DNA of 63,837 nucleotides, counting the filler, from Globobulimina sp. (lineage: Eukaryota): assembly GCA_003354225.1 (NCBI GenBank). It is 29 parts of 29 records of this genome, joined end to end, with 100 filler letters (N's around TTAATTAATTAA, not from the genome) between each part and the next. Parts side by side here need not be neighbours in the genome. Positions count along the whole stretch, not along the records: positions 44,103 to 46,206 come from PIVH01008951.1; positions 46,307 to 48,410 come from PIVH01008952.1; positions 48,511 to 50,614 come from PIVH01008953.1; positions 50,715 to 52,818 come from PIVH01008954.1; positions 52,919 to 55,022 come from PIVH01008955.1; positions 55,123 to 57,226 come from PIVH01008956.1; 23 more parts are not named here. One strand, 5' to 3'. A model generated the notes under the pieces. The model saw only the letters and a list, made by a program, of their open reading frames with translations. It was not told the DNA's origin and searched no databases. This document shows, piece by piece, positions 44,901-57,226 of the stretch (its first letter is position 1; each line of letters begins with the position of its first letter). Made by a program: the position numbers and the translations under genes.

Positions 44901-45863
44901 TTGCATAGGTTTCCTAAATACTCACTAAATAGTGCTTTTTTATTCTCAGTAAACAAGGTGCATCATTTCGAAAAAAGTAATATGAATAATATGCAATCAT
45001 CGTTCCAACCAGTGTCGAAACACGAAATTCGCGAAATGAGTGCTGGATTTTCATTATGTTGTACTGAACAAAAAAGCAAATCAACATCACCCACAACAAC
45101 AATATTTCGAGCCAAAAGGCGTGGAAATAATAACATTAATAATAATGACGATAATTTAATAAAAGAAAATGATATATTTGAGAATATGACACAGGAACAA
45201 TATATGGGATACCAACAACAATCAATGTCCAAACGAATGAAACGGAAAAGGAAATTTGATGTATTTTCTTCGGGTTCCAATATGTCATTAAATGAAATAT
45301 TACAAAATGCAAAGACATTCAGAGTACCACATTATGCAATGTTTTATGTCCGAATCAATGCACAAATAATTATGCAAGAAAATAATAATAATAATACCGA
45401 TAACAATGATACAATAAATAATATATTTTATCCCACAAAAGAAGAATGTTTAATAACTCGATCGATTCGTGTGTCATCAGAGTGGGTGGCAGCATATAAT
45501 TCGTTTGAAACTGCACATAATATCGCATGGAAACAATTAAATCCAAATGGTAAAATACATGAATATCAAATAAATGGATTGCATGGTATCATATTGTTGA
45601 ACTTGGATGAAATGAGAAATAATAAATTAAATAATACATTAAATTTAACTGATAATGAACAAGATATTCAGCGATGGGTATTAGATCATGGCTATTCTGG
45701 GTTTATTATGAATGCTTGTTTTCATTTTGTTAAACCTTATTTATATTGGAATTTATTGGATGATAATAAACAATTAAAAGTTAAACAAACTTTAATTTCC
45801 GACATGTTTCAATCTACAATATCAAAACCAAGACATTCTTCGTGGAAACCTACATTCACATAA
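44901..45863 (+). CDS. Hypothetical Asn-rich protein
   Basis: 320-aa ORF; the start is uncertain. Confidence 0.55.
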   Translation: MHRFPKYSLNSAFLFSVNKVHHFEKSNMNNMQSSFQPVSKHEIREMSAGFSLCCTEQKSKSTSPTTTIFRAKRRGNNNINNNDDNLIKENDIFENMTQEQYMGYQQQSMSKRMKRKRKFDVFSSGSNMSLNEILQNAKTFRVPHYAMFYVRINAQIIMQENNNNNTDNNDTINNIFYPTKEECLITRSIRVSSEWVAAYNSFETAHNIAWKQLNPNGKIHEYQINGLHGIILLNLDEMRNNKLNNTLNLTDNEQDIQRWVLDHGYSGFIMNACFHFVKPYLYWNLLDDNKQLKVKQTLISDMFQSTISKPRHSSWKPTFT

Positions 45864-46413
45864 ATTATCTTCAAAAATAAATAAAACACTAATAAATGTC
45901 TCATTATCTCTGTTTTAATTTAGGTCTGGGGTTTAAGGTTAAATTATTATTAATATTTTATTACACCATCCTTGCACAGTTGCTCTCACGTGGTTGCCCC
46001 CTAAATTAAGTAGTTGGATATTCACCAAATGGGTCCAAAAGTATATCTGCTATTCAAGTTGTATGCAAATTTCAGGGAATTGGCAATATGCAAAAATAAA
46101 CATACAAAACAGACTGAAAAAACATACGTCTATGCAACAAAACAAAACAAAACAGTTGAATGAATCGAATAAATAAACATCAAAAAAAACAAACATGTCG
46201 AAGTCANNNNNNNNNNNNNNNNNNNNNNNNNNNNNNNNNNNNNNNNNNNNTTAATTAATTAANNNNNNNNNNNNNNNNNNNNNNNNNNNNNNNNNNNNNN
46301 NNNNNNGAAACAAGTATTAAGAAAATTATTGACAAACGAGAAAATATTATCTGTTTTATATTCTCAAATATTCCAAACTACAACAAAATCAATTATAACC
46401 AAAATGAATCAAA

Positions 46414-48046
46414 ATCCGCTACAACTTTCATCGTTTCTCAATCAACAATGTGTCACAAAACGAATTCGAAAGCATCAAGTTTCGGATCAAAACCTTGATT
46501 TTATCAAACAAATAGCTACGGCTGCATTCGATTGATTGAGTTAGTGCTTCATTGTTATAATGTGTGTTTTCGTATAATTTTATATCAATGATCAAGCAGA
46601 TTCAAGCTAACTTGCTTAGATAAACTTTTTGCACACTACAAAAAACATTTTTTAACTAAAACAACACATCTACGCCATGTCACATACAAATGGTAAACCT
46701 CCACCAGAATATTCAGATTGGGATAGGCGATCTCGACCGGGATTAACGGTGTGTGACTGTGCATGTATCAACACGCAAAATCGACACAAAAAACAAAACA
46801 AATGAAACAAAAAGGAACGATTATATGAATCAGTAGATATACGTCGCGATGCAACACAAAAGTTAATACCAAACGTGATTGCAGAAGAATTAGATAATTA
46901 TGGATTGCGTAGCGAATTACAACCTTTTCATATTTCGGATGAAAATGTGAAGCAAACCAAAGAATTGATCGATAAACAGTTGCGTGACTGGAAGGGATTA
47001 CGTTGGTGGAAATTTAAGACAAAACCGGATTGTTGGAGTAAATGGTTCCAAAAAGCGAAATGTTGGCAGGATCAAAACCAGTATAAACCAGTGGGCATAT
47101 TTTGGTGTTTAATATTTGATGAATTGAAAGAATATACGAATCGCATTGCGTGCAAATTAAGCCAAGAACGGTCCAAAAGAAACGAATTAGAAACATGTTT
47201 ATATAGCAAATGCATTTTAGAAATCTTGCAACACAGCGTACAGTTTTCACGAACCCGAAAGACGCCATTATTAAATGTGAGAGTATTAACTCACAGCAAA
47301 GAATTCCAAGAAAAATTATTTAAAATCAACAACGGTTTCACCTTAGCATCATGGAAAAAAAATGCAGTGCCTAAGAAACAAATGGCAGTGTTGGTAAATA
47401 AGCAATGTTTGGAACATGCGGTGGTTGTTTATCAAGCAAGTCTTGACTCATTGCAACAAATCATGGCCAGTTACTGTTATTTGTTTTGAATGTTTGCGTC
47501 AAATAACATCGTATATAATATACAGACACCGATTTAGAAGCAAGTAATGTTGATGATAGCGACAATAATATTCAAATTAATAATATTAGTGACAATAATA
47601 TTGGCTATGGTCCGTGTCGTGGTCCAAGTTCCGATATATTTCGAGTGGAATCGCAGAGATATTCACCAATGTCATGTTCGGATTTAGCATCACTGAGCGA
47701 TGAAGTATCCATAGCATCGTCGAGTAATAATAACGAATCGTTTGAGTTAAGTCGCTTAAGTATGGTGAACAGGCAATTGCGGGCAGAATTAGCTGCGATT
47801 AGAGCCCGGTTAGCTGACAGAAGAGAAGAGACATTGCAATCGTGGGTGAGAATCGTTATGGAACAGCAATATCCACCAACTGGCGGTATGCATTTAAATA
47901 ATGATAATGCGCCATTTTATGATGATAGTCAACATGAATGTGATATTTATAATGATTATCCGCCACCGTATCCACCATCATTGCCACCCCCATATCCTCC
48001 GACATTACCACCATTTCAGCCTGGTTTTGCAGAATATCCCTATTAA
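46414..48046 (+). pseudogene. Multi-exon hypothetical gene, apparently disrupted
   Basis: Successive + strand ORFs (46329-46535, 46875-47489, 47645-48046) separated by intron-like segments, with in-frame stops. Confidence 0.4.
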
Positions 48047-48510
48047 AATCCAAATCGTTTTTAGTTCTACTTTTTTTGTGTCCCCTCCTCCTACGCGGGG
48101 TGTGTGTGTTTTATTTTTTGTGTTTAAGTTAATGAGATAAGAATGGATGACGTATTACAAGCGATATAAGTCATAAAGCGTCTGTACATTTTTTATCTAA
48201 ATATAAATAATACAGTTTTGATATATTTCTGTTTTTCAATACGTACCGCCTTTCTTCGTATTAATTAATTTTGTTATTTATAAAACGAAAACAAATGCTA
48301 CCAGTTTAGTAACATTACGGGCAATATTTGTTGCGTTGTGTTTTTGTTTTGATTTTTTTTTTGCATTATGTCGGGATTTATTTTTTTATTGTTTTGTTGT
48401 ATGACATGAANNNNNNNNNNNNNNNNNNNNNNNNNNNNNNNNNNNNNNNNNNNNTTAATTAATTAANNNNNNNNNNNNNNNNNNNNNNNNNNNNNNNNNN
48501 NNNNNNNNNN

Positions 48511-49300
48511 TAACCTGTCCATTGATATATTTCTAATCAATCGCTTAAAGACTGTGTTTACAAACACTACATTTGCCTTATCATCATGTACCTATTATAC
48601 GTATACTGTTTCATTATCTATTTATTGGCTTATTTGGATGCTAAACACTGCCTTTATGGTAATTGAGCGTCACGCTCAACCATATAATGTGTATACGGAA
48701 TCAGTCGACAACAACGGAAACGGAACAACGTGTCTCGTGACAGCAGCACATGGCACAGCAAAAGGTATTAAATTAGTTCTTGCATTGGCTATGATCGGAT
48801 TATTTTTGGGCAATTTAATTGTTTGGATGCTATTTACCAGGAAGTTATATTTATTATTAAAGAAAGCGTCAGAAATAACTGCAATGACAAACAGTGAAAT
48901 TGATATAACGCACTCCGAAAATGAATTTAGTGATTTGATGAAAGATCAAACCATGTTGGTCGGTCTAATGATATTTGTTACTATTTTTGCATATTTATTT
49001 ACAATGATTATCGAGTTTGGTCAATTATTAGTGACAATAAATTCTGTCAATACACTGTTTACAATATTTTTATCATTTAAATTTAATCGGTATTATTTTG
49101 AAATATTTGCTTGTCATAAATGTAGCAAAGTGTGTTGTAAATGGTTTGAAAATATTATTACAAATAAAATAGATTTTGCAAATGAACTGGAATCTACAAA
49201 TACAAAATCAAAAACAAGTTACAAAATAGATTTGCCAGGTATTATTACAGAAAATATTGCTGAGTCAGTTGATGCTGAGAATATAACTCCTTATAATTGA
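48511..49300 (+). CDS. Orphan 7TM (GPCR-like) protein, C-terminal part
   Basis: RL...FTNT.FALS, four TM segments, LFTRKL..L, IFLSFKFN..YF...C..C. Confidence 0.7.
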
Positions 49301-49425
49301 TTAATTTATTGTGCTTTCTGTGTTTATTCACATAAATAATGCATGGGGTAGGCTTTATAAGTTATAACCATCCAGAAATGGTTCATATCTGTGCTCAGTA
49401 TAAAAAAAAACTTTTGAGTTAAAAA

Positions 49426-50118
49426 ATGCAGAATATAAAATGTATTTCAGTTGGTGACAAAGGTGTTGGAAAGACTGTATTACTTATTTTCTACACCTGT
49501 AACTCGTGGGGACCAGACTATATCCCTCATGTTTTTGATGAGTACGATGCAAATGTTATGGTTGATGGGAAACCAATTAGACTGAGTTTAAATGATACAA
49601 GTGCTAATGATCAAGATAAATCACGGAGAATAGATAAATATGCTACTTTCAAACCTGATGTATTTCTAATATGCTTTGATTTAATGAGACCTCAAACATT
49701 GTACAATGCAAAATCGTTTTGGGTCAAAGAAATAAAGAAACATTGTCCGGATGTGCCATATCTTTTAGTTGGAAACAAATTGGATTTAAGACGTCATCAT
49801 AATTTAGAGCCAAAATTGAAATATATTATGTTAAACAATAGAAAATCAAGATATTTGGTTGACGGATTTATTCATAAACATTCACACATTTCCGTTCCCA
49901 AATGCCTGGTTGACATTTTCTACTCATATTATTATGAATCAATGCCAATTACATTCGAACAAGGAACACAAATGGCCACAGATATTGGAGCCAAGGAATA
50001 CATTGAAACCTCGTGTATAACACAAGATGGAGTCAAATGTGTTTTTGATCAAGCTATTCGTTGTGCATCTCAACATAAGTTTTGTCCTAAAAAATCTAAA
50101 CATTGCATAATAATGTAA
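49426..50118 (+). CDS. Atypical Rac/Rho GTPase with an enlarged insert and CaaX
   Basis: MQNIKC..VGD.GVGKT, YIP.VFD.Y.ANVMVDGKP, DVFLICF, LVGNKLDLR, GAKEYIETS, VFDQAIR, C-terminal CIIM. Confidence 0.92.
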   Translation: MQNIKCISVGDKGVGKTVLLIFYTCNSWGPDYIPHVFDEYDANVMVDGKPIRLSLNDTSANDQDKSRRIDKYATFKPDVFLICFDLMRPQTLYNAKSFWVKEIKKHCPDVPYLLVGNKLDLRRHHNLEPKLKYIMLNNRKSRYLVDGFIHKHSHISVPKCLVDIFYSYYYESMPITFEQGTQMATDIGAKEYIETSCITQDGVKCVFDQAIRCASQHKFCPKKSKHCIIM

Positions 50119-50977
50119 TCCATCAAATTCCACCATCACGTTCGCAACTGAGAATAAAATTACTGAGTTAAGGACAAATGTTTTCGAACATCTTAGATTT
50201 TCTACTATAAAAACATTCAGTTGTAGACAATATCTCTTCCCTTTCATCTAGTCATCACCAACTAATATGAATTCAAAAGCATTTTTATCAAACCCAAGCC
50301 ATCCAGATCAGGATTCATTGAAAAGTTTCAATCATGGTTTGTTATTTACTTTACTAGTTTTTTTACCTCCCCCTAAAACTAACAAATCACACTTTTCTTT
50401 TTGAAGGCCTCACTTAGTAATGAAGAAAATAAACACAAAACTTTTTTTACTGATAATAATAAAAAAAAATATTATTATTTTTAATTGATATTTATAAACC
50501 TCAATTATATTAAAAGAAATAAAAAAAATTAATTATTATTAAATTTTATACAAGAATTATTTTAAAAAATATATTAATATTATAAATTAAATAAAAAATA
50601 TTGATCTTTTTGTANNNNNNNNNNNNNNNNNNNNNNNNNNNNNNNNNNNNNNNNNNNNTTAATTAATTAANNNNNNNNNNNNNNNNNNNNNNNNNNNNNN
50701 NNNNNNNNNNNNNNTACAAATGTACAGTTAACAATAATAGCCATTTCGAACAATTTTGTATATATTTAGAATGTTGACAATAAGAGATGAACCACTGTAT
50801 GTACATAATTATGTTTATATATTTTATAAAAAATTATTGGGAGACGTTTTTGTACAGAAAAGTCTAAATATCTTACAAGTCAGTGCTTAACTGCCAGCAG
50901 CTGCCTATACCGTTTCTAGACATATGATGTATGTGCAAGGATAAAATAATAAAAACAATGATATATATACAAGACAG

Positions 50978-51815
50978 TTAACAGCGACATGTTCCACAGA
51001 ATGTTGATTTTGTGATTTGAAACCCAGCAAATACATAAGCTGGGAAATTCTCTATATACATATTTATCAAATATATCGTGTTTCCAACAAACATTACAAA
51101 CCAAAAAAACAATATCGCACATACCCCAAAAATGTTGATGAGGAAACTTTGAACATTTGGTAAATACACAGCCAACGCTACAATAAACAAACATCAATAC
51201 AACAAATAATATGATAATAACACTCCCGGCAGACATATTACTGTCATCAGTATGGATCTCTTCAACACACGCACTGCCACTCAGTAATTCCAATCGATAA
51301 AAACATTTCATACTCGATTCGCCCATATCAATCACTATAAATTCCTCCTTTTCTAGATGATGCCCACAAAAAATCTCCAATTCGAGATGTCTTGGATAGC
51401 TTTGATTTGCTGCATCCACACAGCCAGATTTTAAACCATTGGAATATAAAAAATACCAACTTTCAGTATGAGATCTATACTCTGGTTGAGTTACTCCATT
51501 ATCCCAATCGGCAATAACTGTGCAAAACGGTTTCCGTGTACCATTGTTTGTATCCGCTGGGTTTACTTGAAGCATCATTGCGTTATAACTGGTTGTGGTG
51601 TTATATTCACATAATAAATGATTTGAGCAGGCTGTGAATGTATAATTGAATGTATCCTCAATGTTAACCTCAAGTGCAGATATTTTTTGCCCTAATATAG
51701 GACGCAAATCGAGCTTAAAACCAGTTTGCAATTTATCGTTGAATACACAATCCTCATTTGCACTCATTAATGTTACCATTATGCTCGATATAATCCATGC
51801 ACAGAGAGGCATCAT
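50978..51815 (-). CDS. MRH-domain receptor (cation-dependent M6P receptor / ATG27-like), two exons
   Basis: Signal peptide, LDLRP, Y.F.AC, YSNG, R.LEL...C, E...CFY.L.L.S..AC, TM. Intron 51052-51124 gives PH..FWENFP..V..GF. Confidence 0.8.
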
Positions 51816-51870
51816 TGAATAAATGTTTTTTGATATTTTCATTTTGTTTTTAGGACTTTAGGTGTCGACA

Positions 51871-52395
51871 ATGAGCGCTTATCCACAAAAAGATGAGGAA
51901 GATGCATACAATCAAGCATGGCCGCATCAAATAGTTAACAATTCATCTGAAATCGAAGGGATTATGCAAAAAATAAATAATGCCCATGGTAATAATATTA
52001 ATGGTAGAGACGATATGAAAAATAATGATGATAATAAACGACCAGGACATAAGAGACAATTTACAGATGTGATGTCTGACGCGTTACAACGCGACGATGT
52101 CAAAGGATGGTTGAGTCCGTATATGAGCATATTTACAATTGGCGGCGGAATTGGATTTGCAGTGGGAATGAGCACAAAAAAAATGGGAACTTATGTATTG
52201 AAAACAACCATTGGCTCAGTGTTAATAGTTCAAGCATTAAATTACAGCGGATATATTGATATCAATTGGGAGAATATTAAAAATGATGTAAATTCATTCA
52301 TGGAAACAAAAGAGGATACAAGTTACATTCAATTTTTGTTGGCAAATATTGGTCCTGCTCTGGCAGGCTTTGGCTTAGGGTTTCACCTCGGATGA
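51871..52395 (+). CDS. FUN14-domain mitochondrial outer-membrane protein
   Basis: IGGGIGFAVGM.TKKMG........G....Q.L...GYI.INW..IK and GF.LG. Confidence 0.85.
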   Translation: MSAYPQKDEEDAYNQAWPHQIVNNSSEIEGIMQKINNAHGNNINGRDDMKNNDDNKRPGHKRQFTDVMSDALQRDDVKGWLSPYMSIFTIGGGIGFAVGMSTKKMGTYVLKTTIGSVLIVQALNYSGYIDINWENIKNDVNSFMETKEDTSYIQFLLANIGPALAGFGLGFHLG

Positions 52396-52918
52396 TACTG
52401 TAATTACTGTTGAAAATTCAATAAATTTCAATTCAAATTGTTTTACTACTCAAGATAATTCAAATTGTTTTTTCGTCAATCCCAAAAGATTTTTGAAGTG
52501 GTCTCATATATCGCTCATCTCGTCTCCTAAAACCATAGCTAGCTCATTGAACCGATTCATTGATTACAAACGTATGTTGTTTTTTTGAATCAATTTGAAT
52601 TTGAATCGATCGTTTTTACAACATTTAGAATTTAGATACCAAGTTAAAAGAGGAAATTAGCTGTTCATCCTGAAATTAGCTGTACACCAAAATCATGGCT
52701 AAATCTAACATTATTGCTTTAACCTTTATATTATTTCACTTACTATCTGTTGTACAAGGTACTATAACCATATCTATATACGTATGTATAATCTAAAAAA
52801 CACCATAACCCACAAGGANNNNNNNNNNNNNNNNNNNNNNNNNNNNNNNNNNNNNNNNNNNNTTAATTAATTAANNNNNNNNNNNNNNNNNNNNNNNNNN
52901 NNNNNNNNNNNNNNNNNN

Positions 52919-54565
52919 AAACTAAAAAATAAAAACAAAATCAATTTGAACGAATTCAACGAAGCACCTTTCAAAACCCCAAAAATATATCTTTTAAATT
53001 GTTCCTATACCGAATTTGAATCAAAATATCCATTTTTATGCGACAATAAACGTCCATACACCGATCCAAACACCGATGTAACCGCTGCCAAATCGCAATT
53101 ATTAATGGATTTTATCTCCATATACACGAACAGGAAAATGGGCATTAAAAACTCTTTAAAAGTATATCCATCGCAGATCATCAACGACCGATTTTTTTTA
53201 GGAAACGCCAGTCAATGCAGTGACGAAACCATATTACAAAACTTAGGCATTACACATATTGTAAACTGCACTCGGACACTAAACAACGAATTTGAGCGGC
53301 AAGTAACACCAAAATATGCCTCGCCGTCACCAACAACAACAGCCACCCGCAGTACTTCAGACTTTTCCATCCATACAAGTCCATCATACACCGATTTATG
53401 CGAAAATATTACTAAAAACGACCCAAACTCTTACCATGCTCAATATATTCGCATCCCAGTGTACGATATCCCGGACCAGGACATTCGGAGATATTTCCTC
53501 GCAGCAATTCAATTTATCGAAAATGCGTTTTCTGACAGCTCTACCAACAAAATTCTATGCCATTGCCATGCCGGTATATCGCGATCGAGCGTGATTACAA
53601 TTTGCTATCTAATGTATGCGCAGAATCTATCCTTTGTGGAAGCTCTCGTGTTGGTACAGTCGCGTCGAGCCATTGTGAATCCAAACCGAGGCTTTCGTGG
53701 TCAGCTCATTGTGTTTGAAAAGTATCTCAATGCAAAGCGCAAAGCATTGAACAAAAGTAAATTGAAAATGGAGGATTTGTCGGATTTTATACTGCAGGAT
53801 GTGAGCCGGCAGAATTCAGACAGTTTTTTTATTCTTCCCACGTACATACAAAGTTTATCTGTGATCAATGACGAAAAGGAGGACATCATATTTCTTGGCG
53901 GTGCCTTGAAAATACGTGTCAAGGAATATTTTTTTTCGTTGATGTATGACGATATTGATTTTTTTTTGGAGAAATATGGGTCGATGATCAATAATCAGTT
54001 GCCGCAGTTATTTGGTATTTTAATTGAAGACATTTTCTTAAATGAGAAGAATTGTAATTGTCAGCTATTTATTTTATTGATGGTTGAATTGTTTAAATCG
54101 AAACATATCTCAAATTTGAATAATAATTTCGTGGATGAGGCGCTCTGTGGCTTTTTGGCGCAGAATCTTTATGATAATTTGGTTGATTGTCCCCATTTTT
54201 TGCAGTTTATTGCTGCGTTATTTGCGCAGTTATTCAATGGCGGATATTTGTTGCCGCAGTGTTTAGTGTTATTTTGTGAATCGTCGATGAAATATCAGAA
54301 ATTAAAAATAATCGATGAGCAACAAACAATGACCAATGATGTTAATAAAAATATGGATGAGGTTTCTGAAAAATATATTCAACGTCAAATCGAGTTAATA
54401 AAATTCCAGTGTTCGAAGATTGTTTTGTATACATTGAAAGAATTGGAGTTATTGAATTCCGTTGAGATTATGTCAAAATTCAAACATATTAAATTGGAAA
54501 ATATTATTGTTTCAAACGCATTTCAACAATCGGATCAACGATATTTGTCTTATATATGTCGTTAA
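52919..54565 (+). CDS. Dual-specificity phosphatase (end of a rhodanese-like domain, DSP, MA3-like C-terminus)
   Basis: Y..F..KYPFLC; YPSQII..FFLG; LGITHIVNC; IPVYD; HCHAGISRS; NPNRGF..QL; C-terminal KEYF...DNLVDCPH...FIAAL. Confidence 0.9.
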   Translation, partial: KLKNKNKINLNEFNEAPFKTPKIYLLNCSYTEFESKYPFLCDNKRPYTDPNTDVTAAKSQLLMDFISIYTNRKMGIKNSLKVYPSQIINDRFFLGNASQCSDETILQNLGITHIVNCTRTLNNEFERQVTPKYASPSPTTTATRSTSDFSIHTSPSYTDLCENITKNDPNSYHAQYIRIPVYDIPDQDIRRYFLAAIQFIENAFSDSSTNKILCHCHAGISRSSVITICYLMYAQNLSFVEALVLVQSRRAIVNPNRGFRGQLIVFEKYLNAKRKALNKSKLKMEDLSDFILQDVSRQNSDSFFILPTYIQSLSVINDEKEDIIFLGGALKIRVKEYFFSLMYDDIDFFLEKYGSMINNQLPQLFGILIEDIFLNEKNCNCQLFILLMVELFKSKHISNLNNNFVDEALCGFLAQNLYDNLVDCPHFLQFIAALFAQLFNGGYLLPQCLVLFCESSMKYQKLKIIDEQQTMTNDVNKNMDEVSEKYIQRQIELIKFQCSKIVLYTLKELELLNSVEIMSKFKHIKLENIIVSNAFQQSDQRYLSYICR

Positions 54566-55122
54566 TGTCTCAACTTCCAACGCAAATTGCAATGACCTCA
54601 AAGTGGTTCACCTTTATCTAAATCTTTTTTTATTTTACCTCAAAAAAGATTGACTACCTCACTTCAAACAGATGACTTGGAATAAAAAATGAAGTTTAAA
54701 ACTGATTTGAAGATTTACCAAAAGAAGATCACAATTTTCCAAACATGCATTCAAAATCAATTCAAAGCAAAGAGAAATACATTTTTGCAAAATAAAGAAA
54801 CAAAAATGGAAAAAGTTGAAAGAAAACAAAAGAACTGACACAAAGCAAATGAGCGCGTGAAAGATATGATGCAAAAACCGGCAAATGTAAATTGTATATG
54901 CGGCCCCGGCCCGGCGTAGTTTGTCATTGCAATTGGATCGATACAGAATACCATAAATGGAATGGATTTGCATGCAATTTATAGATATTGATTTTAAATC
55001 AAAAAGCTCATGGTTTAATTTANNNNNNNNNNNNNNNNNNNNNNNNNNNNNNNNNNNNNNNNNNNNTTAATTAATTAANNNNNNNNNNNNNNNNNNNNNN
55101 NNNNNNNNNNNNNNNNNNNNNN

Positions 55123-56595
55123 CCATGTTTTGCAGTGGCATTGAATGCCAAAAATGGCAATTTGTTATGGAAAACTAATTTAGGTGGAGGTGTTGCTAAT
55201 TTTGGATGTCATGTTCATGGTTTTATGGTTGATGAAGATGATCATTTTGCATATGGTGGTATGTCAATGGTTGCGAGTGGCATTCCAAACTTATACAGCA
55301 CATATCATGGCAGAATGTTTAAATTAGATATCAACGATGGTCAAATTATACATAAATGGCATTCAATTGATCCAACTAAGTTTAATTACACAGCCAATGA
55401 CGCATCCAATCCGTATATTTATCGCCAAGCGTCAATGTGGAATTTCCCTGCGATTATTGGTGATTATTTAATATTTGGTACGGGTGATTTACAAACGTAT
55501 CCCAAATACGTTGAGGATTGCTTGTTAGGGAATTACTCAGCATTACCAATTGAAAACGCATATTGTTTTGATCCATGTGGTAATGATCGCAGTTTAGATT
55601 CAAAATGGTGGAGATGTCTAGAAAAAGGAGTGCATACCGATTCATTTGTAATATTAAACAAAAACTCATTTGAAATTGAAGCTGCGATTCCATTACAAGG
55701 TGTTGACGGATATGACCAATGCCAAATGGAATGGGAAAGTTGTATGAAAGTACAAGGACCAGGCATGCCTATATCATAATAAATATATATATACAGTAAA
55801 CAAATAAATAAATTTGCATGCTCCATAGATGCTGATCTTTCTGCTGTTGCAGCATTCAAAAATGTCAACAACGGTCAGTTGTATGCAGTTGCAATGCAAA
55901 AATCTGGGCAGTTTTATATGTTTGAAGTTCCTTCGGGAAAGATTGCCATTTCAAAAAAGGTTGGTCCGTGGAGTTTTGCTGGAGGAGGAACCTGGGGAAT
56001 TGCTGTCGATCCAATGAGTATGATTGCAGTGACTACCATCACGGGAGGCAATACAAGGGAGCTCCAAATGTATCGTGATTCATTGGCAGATGGGACAATA
56101 ATATGCGATCTAACAGGAAGCGCTCATGCTGTTGATTTGAATACAGGTTGGACCATATGGCAGATGGTAAGTCCATTGGGCACATTTGGAATCAATAATT
56201 GTAGTGATGCGAGATTTGCTGATTACATTGATATGACTGTAAATGAAACCTGTTCGAGGGATGTTTATGGAAATGAGATGAAAGATGCAGCTGAAACTGC
56301 ATTTGACAATGTATTTATTCCGCCTCTACCAATTATTGATGATAATGAAACACTGCGTAGTAATGCCGCTAAATTGGTAGGACCTGTGACAATCAGTGGT
56401 GATATGGTCTTTATTCCTTCTAATTCGGGTCATATATTTATCCACAATTTGTTCACTGGTCAGTATATTCATACATTACAATGTCCAATTATTGGTGATA
56501 CGATTAGCGTACAAGGTGGCATCTCAGTGATTGAAAATCGTGTGGTATTTTATTGTGGAACATCTACTGTTGTTTCTATGATATTAGATAACTAA
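55123..56595 (+). CDS. PQQ-type beta-propeller (polyvinyl-alcohol-dehydrogenase-like), partial, with a GC-AG intron
   Basis: ALNAKNG.LLWK, KLDINDGQIIHKW, GTGD, GP|DAD, QKSG.FY, GGGTWG, AVDLNTGWTIWQ; intron 55763-55828. Confidence 0.8.
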
Positions 56596-56616
56596 TAACT
56601 AATAACTAATAACTAA
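56592..56616. repeat. (CTAATAA)n short tandem repeat at the stop codon
   Basis: ctaataactaataactaataactaa. Confidence 0.7.
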
Positions 56617-56913
56617 TGACCACTATGCGTGATTTTATGTAAAATAAATAATTTAATACACAAACAATTAACTTTTTGGGCTTAGTTTCGTTTCGTTTCG
56701 TTTCAGTTCAACGATATATTCCAAAAGATACCCCCTGGTCGATAAGTTGTATACATTTGATTCAATTATCTGAGAAACGTTTTGCAAATCCAGAACAAAG
56801 TCAGAACAAATTTATAATTGAATTTTCGGTATCCAAGCAAAAAAATAATGATAATATTAATAGTTACAAAAACAGCAAAAAAAATATTAAAAATATAGAT
56901 ATGAGAATGATCT

Positions 56914-57226
56914 TTATTTATTAACAGCGACATCCTCAATAACAGTCTGTGTCTCACCCTGTTGTCCCTCACTCATTGGTGCTTCAATAATTTCTCCCAT
57001 TTCAATCTCAACAGTCTCAGATAACTGTAACTGATCATTTTCATTCCTTTTAAATTTAACATAGCGTGTTTTATCATTGTAATGAGCAACAACTTTTTGT
57101 TTCCCTTTATCTTCCAATTCAGTCGATATCTCATCAAATATTTCAACTAAACATTTCTCCCCTTTTCCATCATTCATATCATGCAATGTTTTATCGACAA
57201 ATGAGGTCAACATATAACTACCAAAT
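56914..57226 (-). CDS. C-terminal fragment of an unknown protein
   Basis: Frame open from the contig end to TAA at 56914. Confidence 0.5.
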
